Origin: Sulfolobales archaeon
GTDB taxonomy: Archaea; Thermoproteota; Thermoprotei_A; Sulfolobales; AG1
Direction of reading: 5' to 3'
NCBI GenBank assembly: GCA_038867615.1
Contig: JAWBYA010000001.1
Location: forward strand, 320,001-384,000
DNA length: 64,000 nucleotides
Made by a program: the position numbers and the translations under genes. Below, in pieces: positions 1 to 10,385 of the stretch. Below the pieces are notes generated by a model. That model made no database searches. It saw only the letters and a list, made by a program, of their open reading frames with translations, and was not told where the DNA came from. Position 1 is the first letter of the stretch. Each line of letters begins with the position of its first letter.

Positions 1-138
1 CAGCCGGGTCGTTCACCCAGGATGTCAAAAACAATATCCCTAGCAATTATTTCTCTAAACCCAATAAAAGATCTTATAGGGTTTGATCTAGGCTTGTTGG
101 TGATTTCTCATATATTAATCCTTAAGGATAGTGGTATT

Positions 139-190
139 TGATGATGAGCTGTCGCTCGATGATAGGTGATCTAATGAACCTCCGCTGACA
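139..190 (+). ncRNA. Candidate box C/D sRNA
   Basis: ATGATGA (C, 141-147), guide, ATGA (D'), GTGATC (C'), guide, CTGA (D, 185-188); ~50-nt intergenic layout typical of archaeal C/D sRNAs. Confidence 0.65.
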
Positions 191-205
191 CTTCATACGA
201 AGTCG

Positions 206-571
206 CTATCTATGTTTGAACGAGCAGCACGGGCACCCGGGATCTATATTCTCTGGGGTTATCTCAGCAATATTGACAGACCCTTCCCCCACGAGATCTT
301 CTAACAGACCTTTAGCTCTAAAAACCCTGGTTCCGGAGCTTCTTGCAAGCTCTATACCTTCAGAGCCTATTCTGGAAACTATGATGCTATTAGCACTATA
401 TATGGGCATCTTGGTGATAATCTCGCCAAGCTTTGATAAACCACTACCCCTAGTTCTGAGCCTGTGGGGGCCGCTTACGATCCTCCTTTCATAGAGATCC
501 ACGACAAAGAACTCCTCAGCCTCTACGGGGGAGGATATTATTCTATTTTTAGTAAGCACTATGGCTATCAC
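206..571 (-). CDS. NifB/NifX (FeMo-co biosynthesis)-like domain protein
   Basis: AEEFFVVD...IIVSRIG..G...GTRVF pattern, ~120 aa, C-terminal CPCC. Confidence 0.55.
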   Translation of the reverse strand: MIAIVLTKNRIISSPVEAEEFFVVDLYERRIVSGPHRLRTRGSGLSKLGEIITKMPIYSANSIIVSRIGSEGIELARSSGTRVFRAKGLLEDLVGEGSVNIAEITPENIDPGCPCCSFKHR

Positions 572-608
572 TCTTCTTCGCCTCTCTACTATGCTTAAGC
601 TTTAGATA

Positions 609-1418
609 TTATATATCTATCTGCTCCGGCCTTGTGTAGAACCTTATTCTTCCGTCGAGATAGCTTCTTATAATCTCTCTAGCCGCTTCCTCTATATTGG
701 GCTCACCAGATCCCCTAAGGATCCATCCCCTTTTGATCGCCAGCACCTCTAAGATCTCGAGGGGTTTGCCTGATACCCCATAAGCCCTCTCTATAGATCC
801 AGGCATGATCCTCTCGATCCTCTCTATGAGCTCTATAGCGATGCCAAGGGGGTTCTCGATCTTCTCGGGGGGTCGTGTCCTTATAACCATCTCAAGCCTG
901 TCAGCATCTATTGGGAGGGATCCAGGTGTATCGATTATATATACATTCCTATATATCCTGTAAACTTGTATTCCTTTGGTATAGCCAGGGGTTCCTGGAT
1001 ATCTACTCACCGTAGCCGATTTCCTCCCCTTGAGCGTGTTAACCAAGCTTGACTTACCAACCTTGGGGGCTCCGAAGAAGGATGCCATGATCTCTCTACC
1101 AGCCTCCCTAAGGATCCTCTTAACAGCCCTTACATCACCCATGCTTGCACTTGTTGCTATGCACTCCATCCCCTTATCTCTGTAATAGTTAACCCACTCG
1201 GAGATCACGCTTCTGGGAACAAGGTCTGATTTATTCAGCACGAGAACAAGCCTTTTACCATTATTCATAGCTACTCTTTCAAGAAACCTGTTCCTCAGAT
1301 ACTCAGGGATCCTTGCATCAAGGATCTCGAAGACAATATCAGAGGCTAGCACATTATCAAGAATCTCCCTCCTACTCAGGAGCCTTAACAAGGCTTTTCG
1401 CGACCCTTTTCCAGACAT
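609..1418 (-). CDS. Circularly permuted ribosome biogenesis GTPase (YlqF/RbgA family)
   Basis: ILDARIP, NKSD (G4) before GAPKVGKSS (G1) and DTPG (G3); start trimmed to ATG at 1418. Confidence 0.9.
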   Translation of the reverse strand: MSGKGSRKALLRLLSRREILDNVLASDIVFEILDARIPEYLRNRFLERVAMNNGKRLVLVLNKSDLVPRSVISEWVNYYRDKGMECIATSASMGDVRAVKRILREAGREIMASFFGAPKVGKSSLVNTLKGRKSATVSRYPGTPGYTKGIQVYRIYRNVYIIDTPGSLPIDADRLEMVIRTRPPEKIENPLGIAIELIERIERIMPGSIERAYGVSGKPLEILEVLAIKRGWILRGSGEPNIEEAAREIIRSYLDGRIRFYTRPEQIDI

Positions 1419-1626
1419 GCCTATCAAGAAATAAACATGCAAGGGATCAGAAAAACCTATCGCAGGAGACAACGCGAGATCCTGATCGCTAGATATGTTG
1501 AGCAATAGATCTAGAGAATAGATCTACGTGTTTGGTTTGCTTGGGCGTTGATCCCTATTACTTCATGGACAGATGTTGCGAAGCTAGCTATCTAGGAGCC
1601 GTCGCTCATATCAGATCGATCTACCG

Positions 1627-2430
1627 CTATCTCTTCATAAAGCCCAATACTATGTGGCGCTGCACATACCCGGTGAAGAAGAGCATGGGTAGAGATGATA
1701 TGAGACCTGCAGCTGCCATTTCGCCCCACTTCACACCCCACTCGGATATATAGCTCGCTATTATCAATGGCACTGTGTAGTTTTTGAGACTCTGCACCAG
1801 GATCACCGCGTAGAGGAACTCGTTCCAGGACATGAGTATTGAGAAGATCGCTGTCACCGTGATCCCGGGCATTGTGAGGGGTAGGAGGATCCTTATTAGC
1901 AGTGTTATAGGGCCGGCACCATCCACGCGAGCCGCTTCCTCAACCTCCCGGGGTGTTGATCTGAAGAAGCTCAGCATCATCCATAGTGAGAATGGGAGTG
2001 TATATACCTGGTAAGCTATCGCAACAGCGCTTAGATTATCCGATAGCCTTAGCTGTGAGAACATCACATATATAGGTAGTATCAGGACTATCGGCGGTAT
2101 TGTTCTTGAGAAGAGCGTCCATACAAGCAGAGCGCGGGCTAGGAGCCTGCTTATAGGTAGCTTTGAGAGGCTATACGCCGCGGGGATTGAGAGTAATAGT
2201 GATATGGATGTTGTTAGGAAGGCTAGATATGCGGTGTTGCTCAAATACCTCTGGAAATCACCTCTAAAGAGCCTCACATAGTTATCGAGGGAGAGCGATG
2301 CTGAGAACACCTCATATACCTCGAGACCGACCTTCAGAGAAACGTTGATCATCCAGTATATGGGCATAAGCGTCCACACACCAATAACGCCGAGCGCTAT
2401 GTAGACAAGGGTTTTGATCCAAGGGCTCAT
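1627..2430 (-). CDS. Carbohydrate ABC transporter permease (MalG-like)
   Basis: EEAARVDGA EAA loop, SWNEFL, several TM helices. Confidence 0.9.
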   Translation of the reverse strand: MSPWIKTLVYIALGVIGVWTLMPIYWMINVSLKVGLEVYEVFSASLSLDNYVRLFRGDFQRYLSNTAYLAFLTTSISLLLSIPAAYSLSKLPISRLLARALLVWTLFSRTIPPIVLILPIYVMFSQLRLSDNLSAVAIAYQVYTLPFSLWMMLSFFRSTPREVEEAARVDGAGPITLLIRILLPLTMPGITVTAIFSILMSWNEFLYAVILVQSLKNYTVPLIIASYISEWGVKWGEMAAAGLISSLPMLFFTGYVQRHIVLGFMKR

Positions 2431-3275
2431 TCGAACATCACCTTCTTAATATAGAAAGCACTCACTGCCAGTATTAGGATAAGCATTAGGAAAGAGGCTG
2501 CGGAAGCCTTGCCAATATCCCAGAATACAAGGCCTGTTTTGAATATATATAGCGAGATGGTCTCTGTAGCATGTGCGGGACCCCCGCCTGTGAGTACGTA
2601 GACCTTGTCGAAGAGCCTGAAGGTATCTATGCTTCTCAGTAGAAGGACGAGGGTTATGTAGGGTTTGAGAAGGGGTAGTGTTATATGTAGAAAGGTTCTA
2701 TAAGGCGGGGCACCATCTACAAGGGCTGCCTCGTACAGCTCCTTCGGGATTGATTGGAGCCCTGCGTAGAGGATCAGGAAACAGATCGGTGTCCACTGCC
2801 ACGTATCTATGATAACGATGCTTAGAAGAGCTAGGTCTATGCTTGTCAACCAGGGCAGGGGCTGGAGCCCCATGGCCCTCAGGATATGGTTAACAAGCCC
2901 TGTATCGTATTCCAGCATGAGCTTCCACATAGAGCTCACAATAACTGCTGAGAACATGTTTGGGAGCACTATGAGGGGGACTAGGTATCTCTTCCCCCTG
3001 ATCTCCTGGTTAACGATCACGGCTATCGAGAGCCCTAGGAGTGTCTGGAGAAAGGTAGCTGCTAGTGAGAAGATAAGTGTGTTCCTCACACTAACCTGGA
3101 ACACGGGGTCTCGAAAGAGGTCTAGATACTCCTGGAACCCTGTGAATCTAAACTCGCCTGTAATGATATTATAGCTGTGGAGTGAGTAGTAGAGAACACT
3201 CGCTATGGGATAGACCGTGACAAAGAGGAGTACCGCGAGGGCTGGGAGGATGAGCAAAAAAGGGAGTAGTCTCAC
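2427..3275 (-). CDS. Carbohydrate ABC transporter permease (MalF-like)
   Basis: LYEAALVDGA, LTGGGP; GTG at 3275 lies 7 nt after a GGTG SD. Confidence 0.9.
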   Translation of the reverse strand: MRLLPFLLILPALAVLLFVTVYPIASVLYYSLHSYNIITGEFRFTGFQEYLDLFRDPVFQVSVRNTLIFSLAATFLQTLLGLSIAVIVNQEIRGKRYLVPLIVLPNMFSAVIVSSMWKLMLEYDTGLVNHILRAMGLQPLPWLTSIDLALLSIVIIDTWQWTPICFLILYAGLQSIPKELYEAALVDGAPPYRTFLHITLPLLKPYITLVLLLRSIDTFRLFDKVYVLTGGGPAHATETISLYIFKTGLVFWDIGKASAASFLMLILILAVSAFYIKKVMFE

Positions 3276-3309
3276 ATATACCCACCAACCCGAGATCTTG
3301 GGGTCTTTG

Positions 3310-4635
3310 CTAGCTTGAAAGCGCCTTATCGATCTCGGCAGACATTGCAGAGACCGCATCGCCTGGCTTTATCACTCCGGCAAGGACCTGGTTGACATAG
3401 CTACCAAAGATATCCTCAATCTTTGGCCAGAGAGGAGTTCTAGGTCTTGGGACAGCAACGTTCAGGCTCTTAACCTGGACGGGGATCCATCTCCTAAGGC
3501 CTGCCAGCTCTTTATCCTCACCAACGCTTATCCTCACAGGCGGTAGGCCCTTAAGTATAGCCATGATCTTCTGCATCCTTGCGCTTATAGAGTATAGTAT
3601 GAACTGAAGAGCTGCAGCCTTATTCCGCGATGCAGCCGGTATACCCCAGTACCAGACACCAAGAAGGGGCGATGGTTTTGTTCTCTCACCAGGTGTTGTT
3701 GTATATGCAAGCAAGCCGGGAACCTTGCTCAGTGCTGGGTTATCAGCATCCTTGATCCAGCCGGGCCATGTCTCTGTGCTCATAGCAATCCTACCCCCGA
3801 CAAGCCTATCCCTGACATCGGGTGTGTTGAAGTTCTCAACACCTGGTGGAGCGTATTTCTTAAGCTGTAGGAGGAACTCGAGGGCTTCGACTGCTTTTGA
3901 GTCGAGGGCGCTTTTCTTTAGATCGTCTGAGAGTATCTTACCCCCAAAGGCGTAGAGGATGGGCTGGAAGGCTGTTGCAACGGGGTTCCCTTTAACACCT
4001 CTGAAGGCGACTGGGTATTCTACAAGTCCTGAGGCCTTGATCTTCTCGCAGGCGTTGAGGACATCGGTCCATGTAGCGGGCTCGGGTAATCCTAGCTTGT
4101 CAAAGACGTCTTTTCTATAGGCAAAGATCTGGACGTTCCCCATCTGTGGGAGCGCTACTATTTTGCCTGTTTTATATGGGCTTCTACCCACATCTATAAG
4201 CACTCCTGGGAAATCGCCTAGATCGAGCTGGACTCCTGTCTCCTTGGCAAGAGCCTCAAGATCTGTTAACCAGCCCCTCTCACCAAACTGGGGCAGCCAT
4301 GGATCATCCATATATACGAGATCATATGCCGCGGAACCCTGTTGAAGAGCAAGCACCATCTTATCATAGAGCGGGGCATATGAGAGGGGTGAGTACTCGA
4401 CTTTAAAGTTGGTTTTTTCCCTTGTAAAGAAGTCTATAACAGCTGTATTTATGTCATTATGCTCCGCATCCCTACCCAATATAGATAGGGAGTATGTTTC
4501 AGGAGGTTTAGGAGTAGTAGGAGTTGTGGTGGTCGTAGCTGGTAGTGAGCCTAAGTAATAGCCAGCACCAACACCAACCAAAAGGGATCCTAAGCCCACT
4601 CCTGCGATTTTTAGAAATTCTCTTCTAGTTGCCAT
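3310..4635 (-). CDS. Sugar ABC transporter substrate-binding protein with twin-arginine signal
   Basis: MATRREFLK Tat motif, Thr/Pro linker, SBP family 1 motifs (YRKDVF, PATW). Confidence 0.88.
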   Translation of the reverse strand: MATRREFLKIAGVGLGSLLVGVGAGYYLGSLPATTTTTPTTPKPPETYSLSILGRDAEHNDINTAVIDFFTREKTNFKVEYSPLSYAPLYDKMVLALQQGSAAYDLVYMDDPWLPQFGERGWLTDLEALAKETGVQLDLGDFPGVLIDVGRSPYKTGKIVALPQMGNVQIFAYRKDVFDKLGLPEPATWTDVLNACEKIKASGLVEYPVAFRGVKGNPVATAFQPILYAFGGKILSDDLKKSALDSKAVEALEFLLQLKKYAPPGVENFNTPDVRDRLVGGRIAMSTETWPGWIKDADNPALSKVPGLLAYTTTPGERTKPSPLLGVWYWGIPAASRNKAAALQFILYSISARMQKIMAILKGLPPVRISVGEDKELAGLRRWIPVQVKSLNVAVPRPRTPLWPKIEDIFGSYVNQVLAGVIKPGDAVSAMSAEIDKALSS

Positions 4636-5032
4636 ACAACCTACCAAGGATTGTTACATATAATAGTTAATATATTTAGCCTATTGGATCACTATGTGTC
4701 ACCATACACTATGGCAAGTATATTTAACCCCTCATTATATAAATCATTTGCATGAATGCGGCTTGACTTTTTGAGCCCGCTTATGCTGGGAGTCATTCAC
4801 TCCTACGAGGACAACTGGATTCTATTGATTTGAGCACTCTAGATCTAATAAAGTGTTTCTGAGCATGGATCCTCTCCAGAAGTATTTGGAGAAAGAGCTA
4901 TTATTTTAGATACATAGTGATACATAGCACTGCACTATCACAACTATTTGTTGACACATGTGGGATGTTTTTGCTGGAGGGTTTGGGTTTTTGCCCTTCC
5001 ATAGATTCTCTATTGCGGTGTGGGTGGGGCTT

Positions 5033-5866
5033 GTGAAGGAGGTTGTTGCTGTTATTCATCTAGCGAGGCTCCCTAGTTCTAGCCATAGGGGGGATAAGGA
5101 TCTAGATGGTATTGTTGAGGATGCTGTTAGGGAGGCCAGGATCCTTGAGGATCTTGGATACGGCTCGGTGATCCTTGAGAACTATGGTGATAAGCCTTAC
5201 CAGAAACGAGTCAGAGATCCTCTGACCATAGCCTCGATGTCTATAGCTGTTAGGGAGGTTGTTAGGAGCACTGGTCTGAGGGTTGGGGTAAATCTGCTCA
5301 GAAACTCTGGTAGGGAGGCGTATAGTATTGCTATAGCCTCTGGAGCGAAGTTCGTGAGGATCAACTCCCTGGTCGAGACGATCGTGTCTGACTCGGGCTT
5401 GATAGAGCCTGAGGCGCCTAGGCTTAGAAGTCTTAGGATCAACTACCCATGGGTAGAGATATACGCAGACCTTCTCGTTAAACATGCCTCGAGCATGAAC
5501 CTAGGTATGATGATCCTAGAGCGCCTGGATCCGCAGGCATTAGTATCTAAAAGCACAGATACCAAAGACTATCTGAGAGAACTGGTAAATGACTATGTAG
5601 AGAGGGGAGGAGCAGATAAACTCATAGTAACAGGACTGAGGACAGGGGAGCCCCCCAGGGTTGAGCTGCTAAAGCTTGTGAGGGAGCTCTCACCAGTACC
5701 TGTTCTAGTCGGCAGTGGCGTTAATACCAACAATATAGGCAGTATATTGAAGCACTGCGACGGAGTGATTGTGGGGTCTTTTATAAGGAAGAATGGGAAG
5801 GCGGGGGAACCGCTGGATCTAGAGAGGGCTAAGAGCTTTATAGAGTCTGTTAAAAGCTACTCATAG
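5033..5866 (+). CDS. BtpA/SgcQ family TIM-barrel protein
   Basis: VIHL, ILENYGDKPY, VGVNLLRN, VKHA, VTG..TG, VLVGSGV motifs; SD-supported GTG at 5033. Confidence 0.9.
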   Translation: MKEVVAVIHLARLPSSSHRGDKDLDGIVEDAVREARILEDLGYGSVILENYGDKPYQKRVRDPLTIASMSIAVREVVRSTGLRVGVNLLRNSGREAYSIAIASGAKFVRINSLVETIVSDSGLIEPEAPRLRSLRINYPWVEIYADLLVKHASSMNLGMMILERLDPQALVSKSTDTKDYLRELVNDYVERGGADKLIVTGLRTGEPPRVELLKLVRELSPVPVLVGSGVNTNNIGSILKHCDGVIVGSFIRKNGKAGEPLDLERAKSFIESVKSYS

Positions 5867-5981
5867 CGATGGTGCTTGATCCTCTGGTTTGGTAGAGGGC
5901 TCTGTTAAAGGCATGCAAAGGTCGTTAGCAGTATCGGATCTCTATATTTTGATGCCTAAGAGCTATCACGCTCCAGCTCTC

Positions 5982-6863
5982 CTAGCCGTATCTCAAAGCA
6001 CCTCGCATCAAGCCCTGGATTACATATCTCTGTAGGACTCCATAGGAGATCACCGGGATCACGCCTATGAAAACGGCTAGCGCCGCCAACCCTCCGGGAT
6101 CTACTATCTCTCCTCCCCATAGGAAGAACTGCACTACTATTGGTACGGTGTATAGCTCGGGGCTTGATATAAGGATTATGGAGAACAGAAGATCGCCCCA
6201 GGATAGTGTGAATGCGAAGGTGAAAGCAGTAACTATTGCTGGGAGCGATACGGGTAGGATCACCCTTACGAGGGCTTGGATCCTGGTTGCGCCATCAACC
6301 ATGGCAGCCTCCTCAAGCTCTTTGGGGACATTAACCATATAGCTCCTTATCATGAGGGTTGATACAGGTACTGTATATGCTAGGTGTGCTATTGCTAGGC
6401 CTAGCAATGTGTTATAGAGGCCGAGGGTCCTGTAGATCATGAGGAGCGGTATCACTATTATAAATACTGGGAATGTGTAGGAGAAAACTATAAAGCCCTG
6501 CATGAAGTTCTTGAATCTATACTGAAATCTAGTCAGGGCGTAGCCTGCTAGGAACCCTATGGCAACGCTGATTAGCGATGATGTTAATGACACTATGAAG
6601 CTGTTTCTAATCGCCTGTGAGATCGGGATCGGTATGGCTGCCCTCATCCCATGTCCCTTAAAATAATCTTCGAGGGTTGGTGCTGCAAGGGATGCGAAGT
6701 TCTGAAGTGTGAACGAGCTAGGTATCCATGTCCAGGCATCCTCGGGTCTGGAGAAGGCTGTTTTGAAGGTCCAGTATGATGGTATAAGGATCCATGGGAT
6801 CAGGAGGGCTAGGGAGGCAGCGATCACGCACCCCTTTATGATTCTACTGAGCATGGCCCCCAT
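5982..6863 (-). CDS. Carbohydrate ABC transporter permease (MalG-like)
   Basis: ELEEAAMVDGA EAA loop. Confidence 0.9.
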   Translation of the reverse strand: MGAMLSRIIKGCVIAASLALLIPWILIPSYWTFKTAFSRPEDAWTWIPSSFTLQNFASLAAPTLEDYFKGHGMRAAIPIPISQAIRNSFIVSLTSSLISVAIGFLAGYALTRFQYRFKNFMQGFIVFSYTFPVFIIVIPLLMIYRTLGLYNTLLGLAIAHLAYTVPVSTLMIRSYMVNVPKELEEAAMVDGATRIQALVRVILPVSLPAIVTAFTFAFTLSWGDLLFSIILISSPELYTVPIVVQFFLWGGEIVDPGGLAALAVFIGVIPVISYGVLQRYVIQGLMRGALRYG

Positions 6864-6866
6864 GGC

Positions 6867-7721
6867 TCACGCCCTCATATACCTGAGTGTTACGAATATG
6901 AGTAAAAGGTATAATGGGAGCATTAGCACGCTGTATGCGGCTGCTAACGATATATTAGCCTCGCCTGTGAAGGCAAGCCTATATGCTGCCACTGGTATTG
7001 TTAGGGTTCTATCAATAGGCCCGCCAGCTGTTGTTAGGTATATTTGGGCGAACTCTCCCATGGTCCATATTAGTGAGAGAAGCACCACGGTTAGCATAAC
7101 TGGTTTCAACAATGGCAGGGTTATATAGAAGAACCTCTGGTGAGCCCTAGCACCATCTATTTCAGAAGCCTCGTAGAGTTCTTGAGGCACTGCCTGTAAT
7201 CCCGCAAGAAGCCCCATCATGAAGAATGGCCAGCCATGCCATATATTGAGAATGATCACCGAGGTCATTGCGTGATCATATCCGAGCCAATGGATAGGCC
7301 CTATACCGGCTAGTGATAATACCTTGTTGAAAGCACCATCTCTGGCGAAGTTAAACCAGAACATGACAGCAGCTATATAGGATGGAACAGCCCATGGGAA
7401 TATGGAGAGAACCCTTACAAACGATCTACCTCTAAATTTGGTGTTAAGAAGCAACGCTGCCCCGAGACCTATGAGTAGTTTAAGCGCTACAGAGGTGAAT
7501 GCATAGATGAAGGTATTGATTAGCGATACCATAGTGATTGGCGAGCTAAGCAGCCTTACGTAATTATTGAGATATGCGAAAACGGGTTCTTCTCCAACTC
7601 TTTTCTCATAGAAGCTAAGCCAGATATTATAGGCTATGGGTAGGAGTATTATAAAAAACAGGGTTAGAATTGCTGGTAATATGTAGAGGTAATGGTAGTT
7701 TGATTCAGCGCGCATGCTCAT
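6867..7721 (-). CDS. Carbohydrate ABC transporter permease (MalF-like)
   Basis: LYEASEIDGA, TAGGP. Confidence 0.9.
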   Translation of the reverse strand: MSMRAESNYHYLYILPAILTLFFIILLPIAYNIWLSFYEKRVGEEPVFAYLNNYVRLLSSPITMVSLINTFIYAFTSVALKLLIGLGAALLLNTKFRGRSFVRVLSIFPWAVPSYIAAVMFWFNFARDGAFNKVLSLAGIGPIHWLGYDHAMTSVIILNIWHGWPFFMMGLLAGLQAVPQELYEASEIDGARAHQRFFYITLPLLKPVMLTVVLLSLIWTMGEFAQIYLTTAGGPIDRTLTIPVAAYRLAFTGEANISLAAAYSVLMLPLYLLLIFVTLRYMRA

Positions 7722-7724
7722 CTG

Positions 7725-9083
7725 TTAACTCCCATAGGTTCTTTTAACCTCATCTTTAAATCTTGCTGCATACTCGTCTATGATCTTATCGGGGTTCTCG
7801 CCTCTGATTACTACTCTCTGGATCATTTCGTTCCATATGAATCCTTCTCTGAAGAGCTCTGAGGGAACAGTCCTCTCACCAAGCGGGAAGGCTGCTGTCT
7901 CATGATACTTGATCTTCTCGATAGCAGCCGCGGGATCCTCTCCTAGGGCTGGCCACCTACCTTTCTTCCAAGCATCGCTGATCTTCTGCACCTGGGACTT
8001 GAAGATCGGCAGCCCGTATAGAGCGCCTGACTCGCTGAAACCTACTCTATAGTCGTCTTTATCCTTGAAGATGTAGTATACGAGATCCTTGGCAAGCTCG
8101 GGGTATTTCGTGTTCTTGAATATGAAGACGCTCTCATCGCCTAGATCAACGCTTACTGGTGGGAGGAATAGCTTGGTTTTTGCAGCTAGATCTGGTTTCT
8201 CATTCAGCAGCGCGTAGTATATGCTTAGCGGGTTTAGCGTCATAGCCACTCTTCCCTGGATGTAGGCTAGGTTGTTGGAAACATCAACCCATTCTGTGCT
8301 ATCTGGTGGTGTTAGCTTATCGTCTAGGAACCTCTTAACATAGTCGAATGCTTTCTTGAGGGCATCTCTATATGGTGGTTTATCTATTACAACACCATCG
8401 GAGGATCGGCTTGCTAGCATGCCTCCTCCGAAGTATGCCCACACGTGCTGGAACATCCACCAGGTGTCAAAACCATTGAGCCCGTAGGTCCAGCCTATTC
8501 CATAAACGCCGGGTTCTGTGTTGTTAAGCATCTTGGCAAGTGTGTAGAGATCCTCAAAGCTCTTGGGCGGTAGGTAAGCCTCTGCCTTAGCCTTGGACAC
8601 TAGATCCATTCTTACGTGAAGCCATGTTATCTCAAACATCATTGGTATGCAGTATATCTTGCCTGCGAATGTGCATGTCTTGAGCTTGATCTCATATATA
8701 TCATCCCTACCTAGCTTATCGACAACATCGTCAAGCGGTATTAGGAGGCCCTTCTCAGCAAATATAGCCACTGGGTGGCCGTTGATCACGATATCGGGCG
8801 GCGAGCCTGCCTCTACGGCTGCTATCAACTTCTTACCGATCTCTGCTACAGGTATCCAGGTGATCTCTACATCAACCCCATTCTCTGCGGCCCATTTCCT
8901 AACCTTCTGCTCGATCCAGTATAGCTGTGGAGGGACAAACGTAGCCCTACCCCAGATAACAAGCTTCGGTTTCTCAGGCTTTGGGGGAGCAGCGAGGTTG
9001 GTGAAAGCCAGGTAGGATCCCACTCCAACAGCTATTATGGCTATGATTATCACTGCGAGAATAACTCTCGAGAGTCCTCTAAT
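7725..9083 (-). CDS. Sugar ABC transporter substrate-binding protein
   Basis: N-terminal TM anchor, PPDIV, SBP motifs; start proposed at ATT 9083 (GAGGTG 7 nt upstream) rather than GTG 9053. Confidence 0.85.
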   Translation of the reverse strand: MRGLSRVILAVIIIAIIAVGVGSYLAFTNLAAPPKPEKPKLVIWGRATFVPPQLYWIEQKVRKWAAENGVDVEITWIPVAEIGKKLIAAVEAGSPPDIVINGHPVAIFAEKGLLIPLDDVVDKLGRDDIYEIKLKTCTFAGKIYCIPMMFEITWLHVRMDLVSKAKAEAYLPPKSFEDLYTLAKMLNNTEPGVYGIGWTYGLNGFDTWWMFQHVWAYFGGGMLASRSSDGVVIDKPPYRDALKKAFDYVKRFLDDKLTPPDSTEWVDVSNNLAYIQGRVAMTLNPLSIYYALLNEKPDLAAKTKLFLPPVSVDLGDESVFIFKNTKYPELAKDLVYYIFKDKDDYRVGFSESGALYGLPIFKSQVQKISDAWKKGRWPALGEDPAAAIEKIKYHETAAFPLGERTVPSELFREGFIWNEMIQRVVIRGENPDKIIDEYAARFKDEVKRTYGS

Positions 9084-9180
9084 ACGGCATCACCTCACGA
9101 TCTAAGTTAAGTTAATCCTAATATGCATTACATATAACTTGTTAAGCGTTATCTTAATAAGTCCAATGAGATCCCAGTTA

Positions 9181-10299
9181 TTGGGGACGTGTATCTCAGA
9201 GGTAAGACTTGTAGGGGTTAGCAAGAGGTTTGGAAACGTTATGGCCGTGGATAACATAGATCTTGAGGTTAGGAAGGGAGAGTTCCTAGTCCTTTTGGGT
9301 CCTTCGGGATGTGGGAAGACAACTACATTGAGAATCATAGCTGGTCTTGAGAAGCCTGAAAAGGGCAGGGTATATATAGATGGGGTTGATGTAACAGATC
9401 TCCCGCCAAGGGATAGAAATATAGCCATGGTTTTTCAGAACTACGCATTATATCCCCACATGAAGGTATTTGACAACATAGCTTTTCCTCTTAAGCTGAA
9501 AAAACTACCCAAGGATGAGATTAAGAGGAGGGTTAAAGCTGTTGCCGAGATACTCAGGATCGAGGAACTCCTAGACAGATACCCAAGACAGCTCTCCGGT
9601 GGTCAGCAGCAGAGAGTGTCTTTGGCAAGAGCCCTTGTGAAAGAGCCCAAGGTGTTCCTCATGGACGAGCCTCTCTCTAACCTAGATGCGAAGTTAAGGC
9701 TATACATGAGGGTTGAGCTAAAGTCTCTGCAGAAGAAAACCGGGATAACAACGATATATGTGACGCATGACCAGGCTGAGGCTATGTCGATGGGCGACAG
9801 GCTTGCCGTCATGAATGCTGGTAAGATAATCCAGTTGGGATCTCCTGACGATGTTTACAACTCGCCGGAGGATATATTCGTAGCAGGGTTCCTGGGAAGC
9901 CCGCCGATGAACCTTATAGAGGCTAGTATCCATAGCCAGGGGTCTAGTGTCAGGATCGAGGCTGAAGGATTATCAATAGATCTTGGGGAGGGTCTCAAAA
10001 AACACCCAGGTCTCGCGGGGCTCTCAAAGATCATTGTCGGGATAAGGCCTGAGCGAATATCGCTCTCACGCACCAGGCTAGATACGTCGATAGGTAGGGG
10101 TGTGATCCACATAGTGGAGAGGCTGGGGGGAGATATTATCTATAATATAAAGATAGGGAGAGAGACTCTACTTAAGGTTAAGGCCTCGCCACAGCATCCC
10201 GAGCACAGCATGTTCAGGGAGAACGAAGAAGTATGGATTAATGCAAAGATAGAGGATATATACCTATATGATAGTAAAACGGGGAAGAGGATAGCGTAA
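9181..10299 (+). CDS. Sugar ABC transporter ATPase (MalK family)
   Basis: GPSGCGKTT, LSGGQQQR, DEPLSNLD, C-terminal TOBE region; start uncertain (TTG 9181 or ATC 9193). Confidence 0.93.
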   Translation: MGTCISEVRLVGVSKRFGNVMAVDNIDLEVRKGEFLVLLGPSGCGKTTTLRIIAGLEKPEKGRVYIDGVDVTDLPPRDRNIAMVFQNYALYPHMKVFDNIAFPLKLKKLPKDEIKRRVKAVAEILRIEELLDRYPRQLSGGQQQRVSLARALVKEPKVFLMDEPLSNLDAKLRLYMRVELKSLQKKTGITTIYVTHDQAEAMSMGDRLAVMNAGKIIQLGSPDDVYNSPEDIFVAGFLGSPPMNLIEASIHSQGSSVRIEAEGLSIDLGEGLKKHPGLAGLSKIIVGIRPERISLSRTRLDTSIGRGVIHIVERLGGDIIYNIKIGRETLLKVKASPQHPEHSMFRENEEVWINAKIEDIYLYDSKTGKRIA

Positions 10300-10385
10300 A
10301 GCGATATCCCCATAGAGATCTATAACCCTATAGTATGGCTTGGACGGGTTATCGAACTGTGCTTGTGCAGAACGCTGTACAGTTG

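Noticed and set aside
1-64. Possible gene start running off the left edge on the minus strand (MGLEKIIARDIVF...)
   Set aside because: Only 21 codons are visible, too few to support a call.
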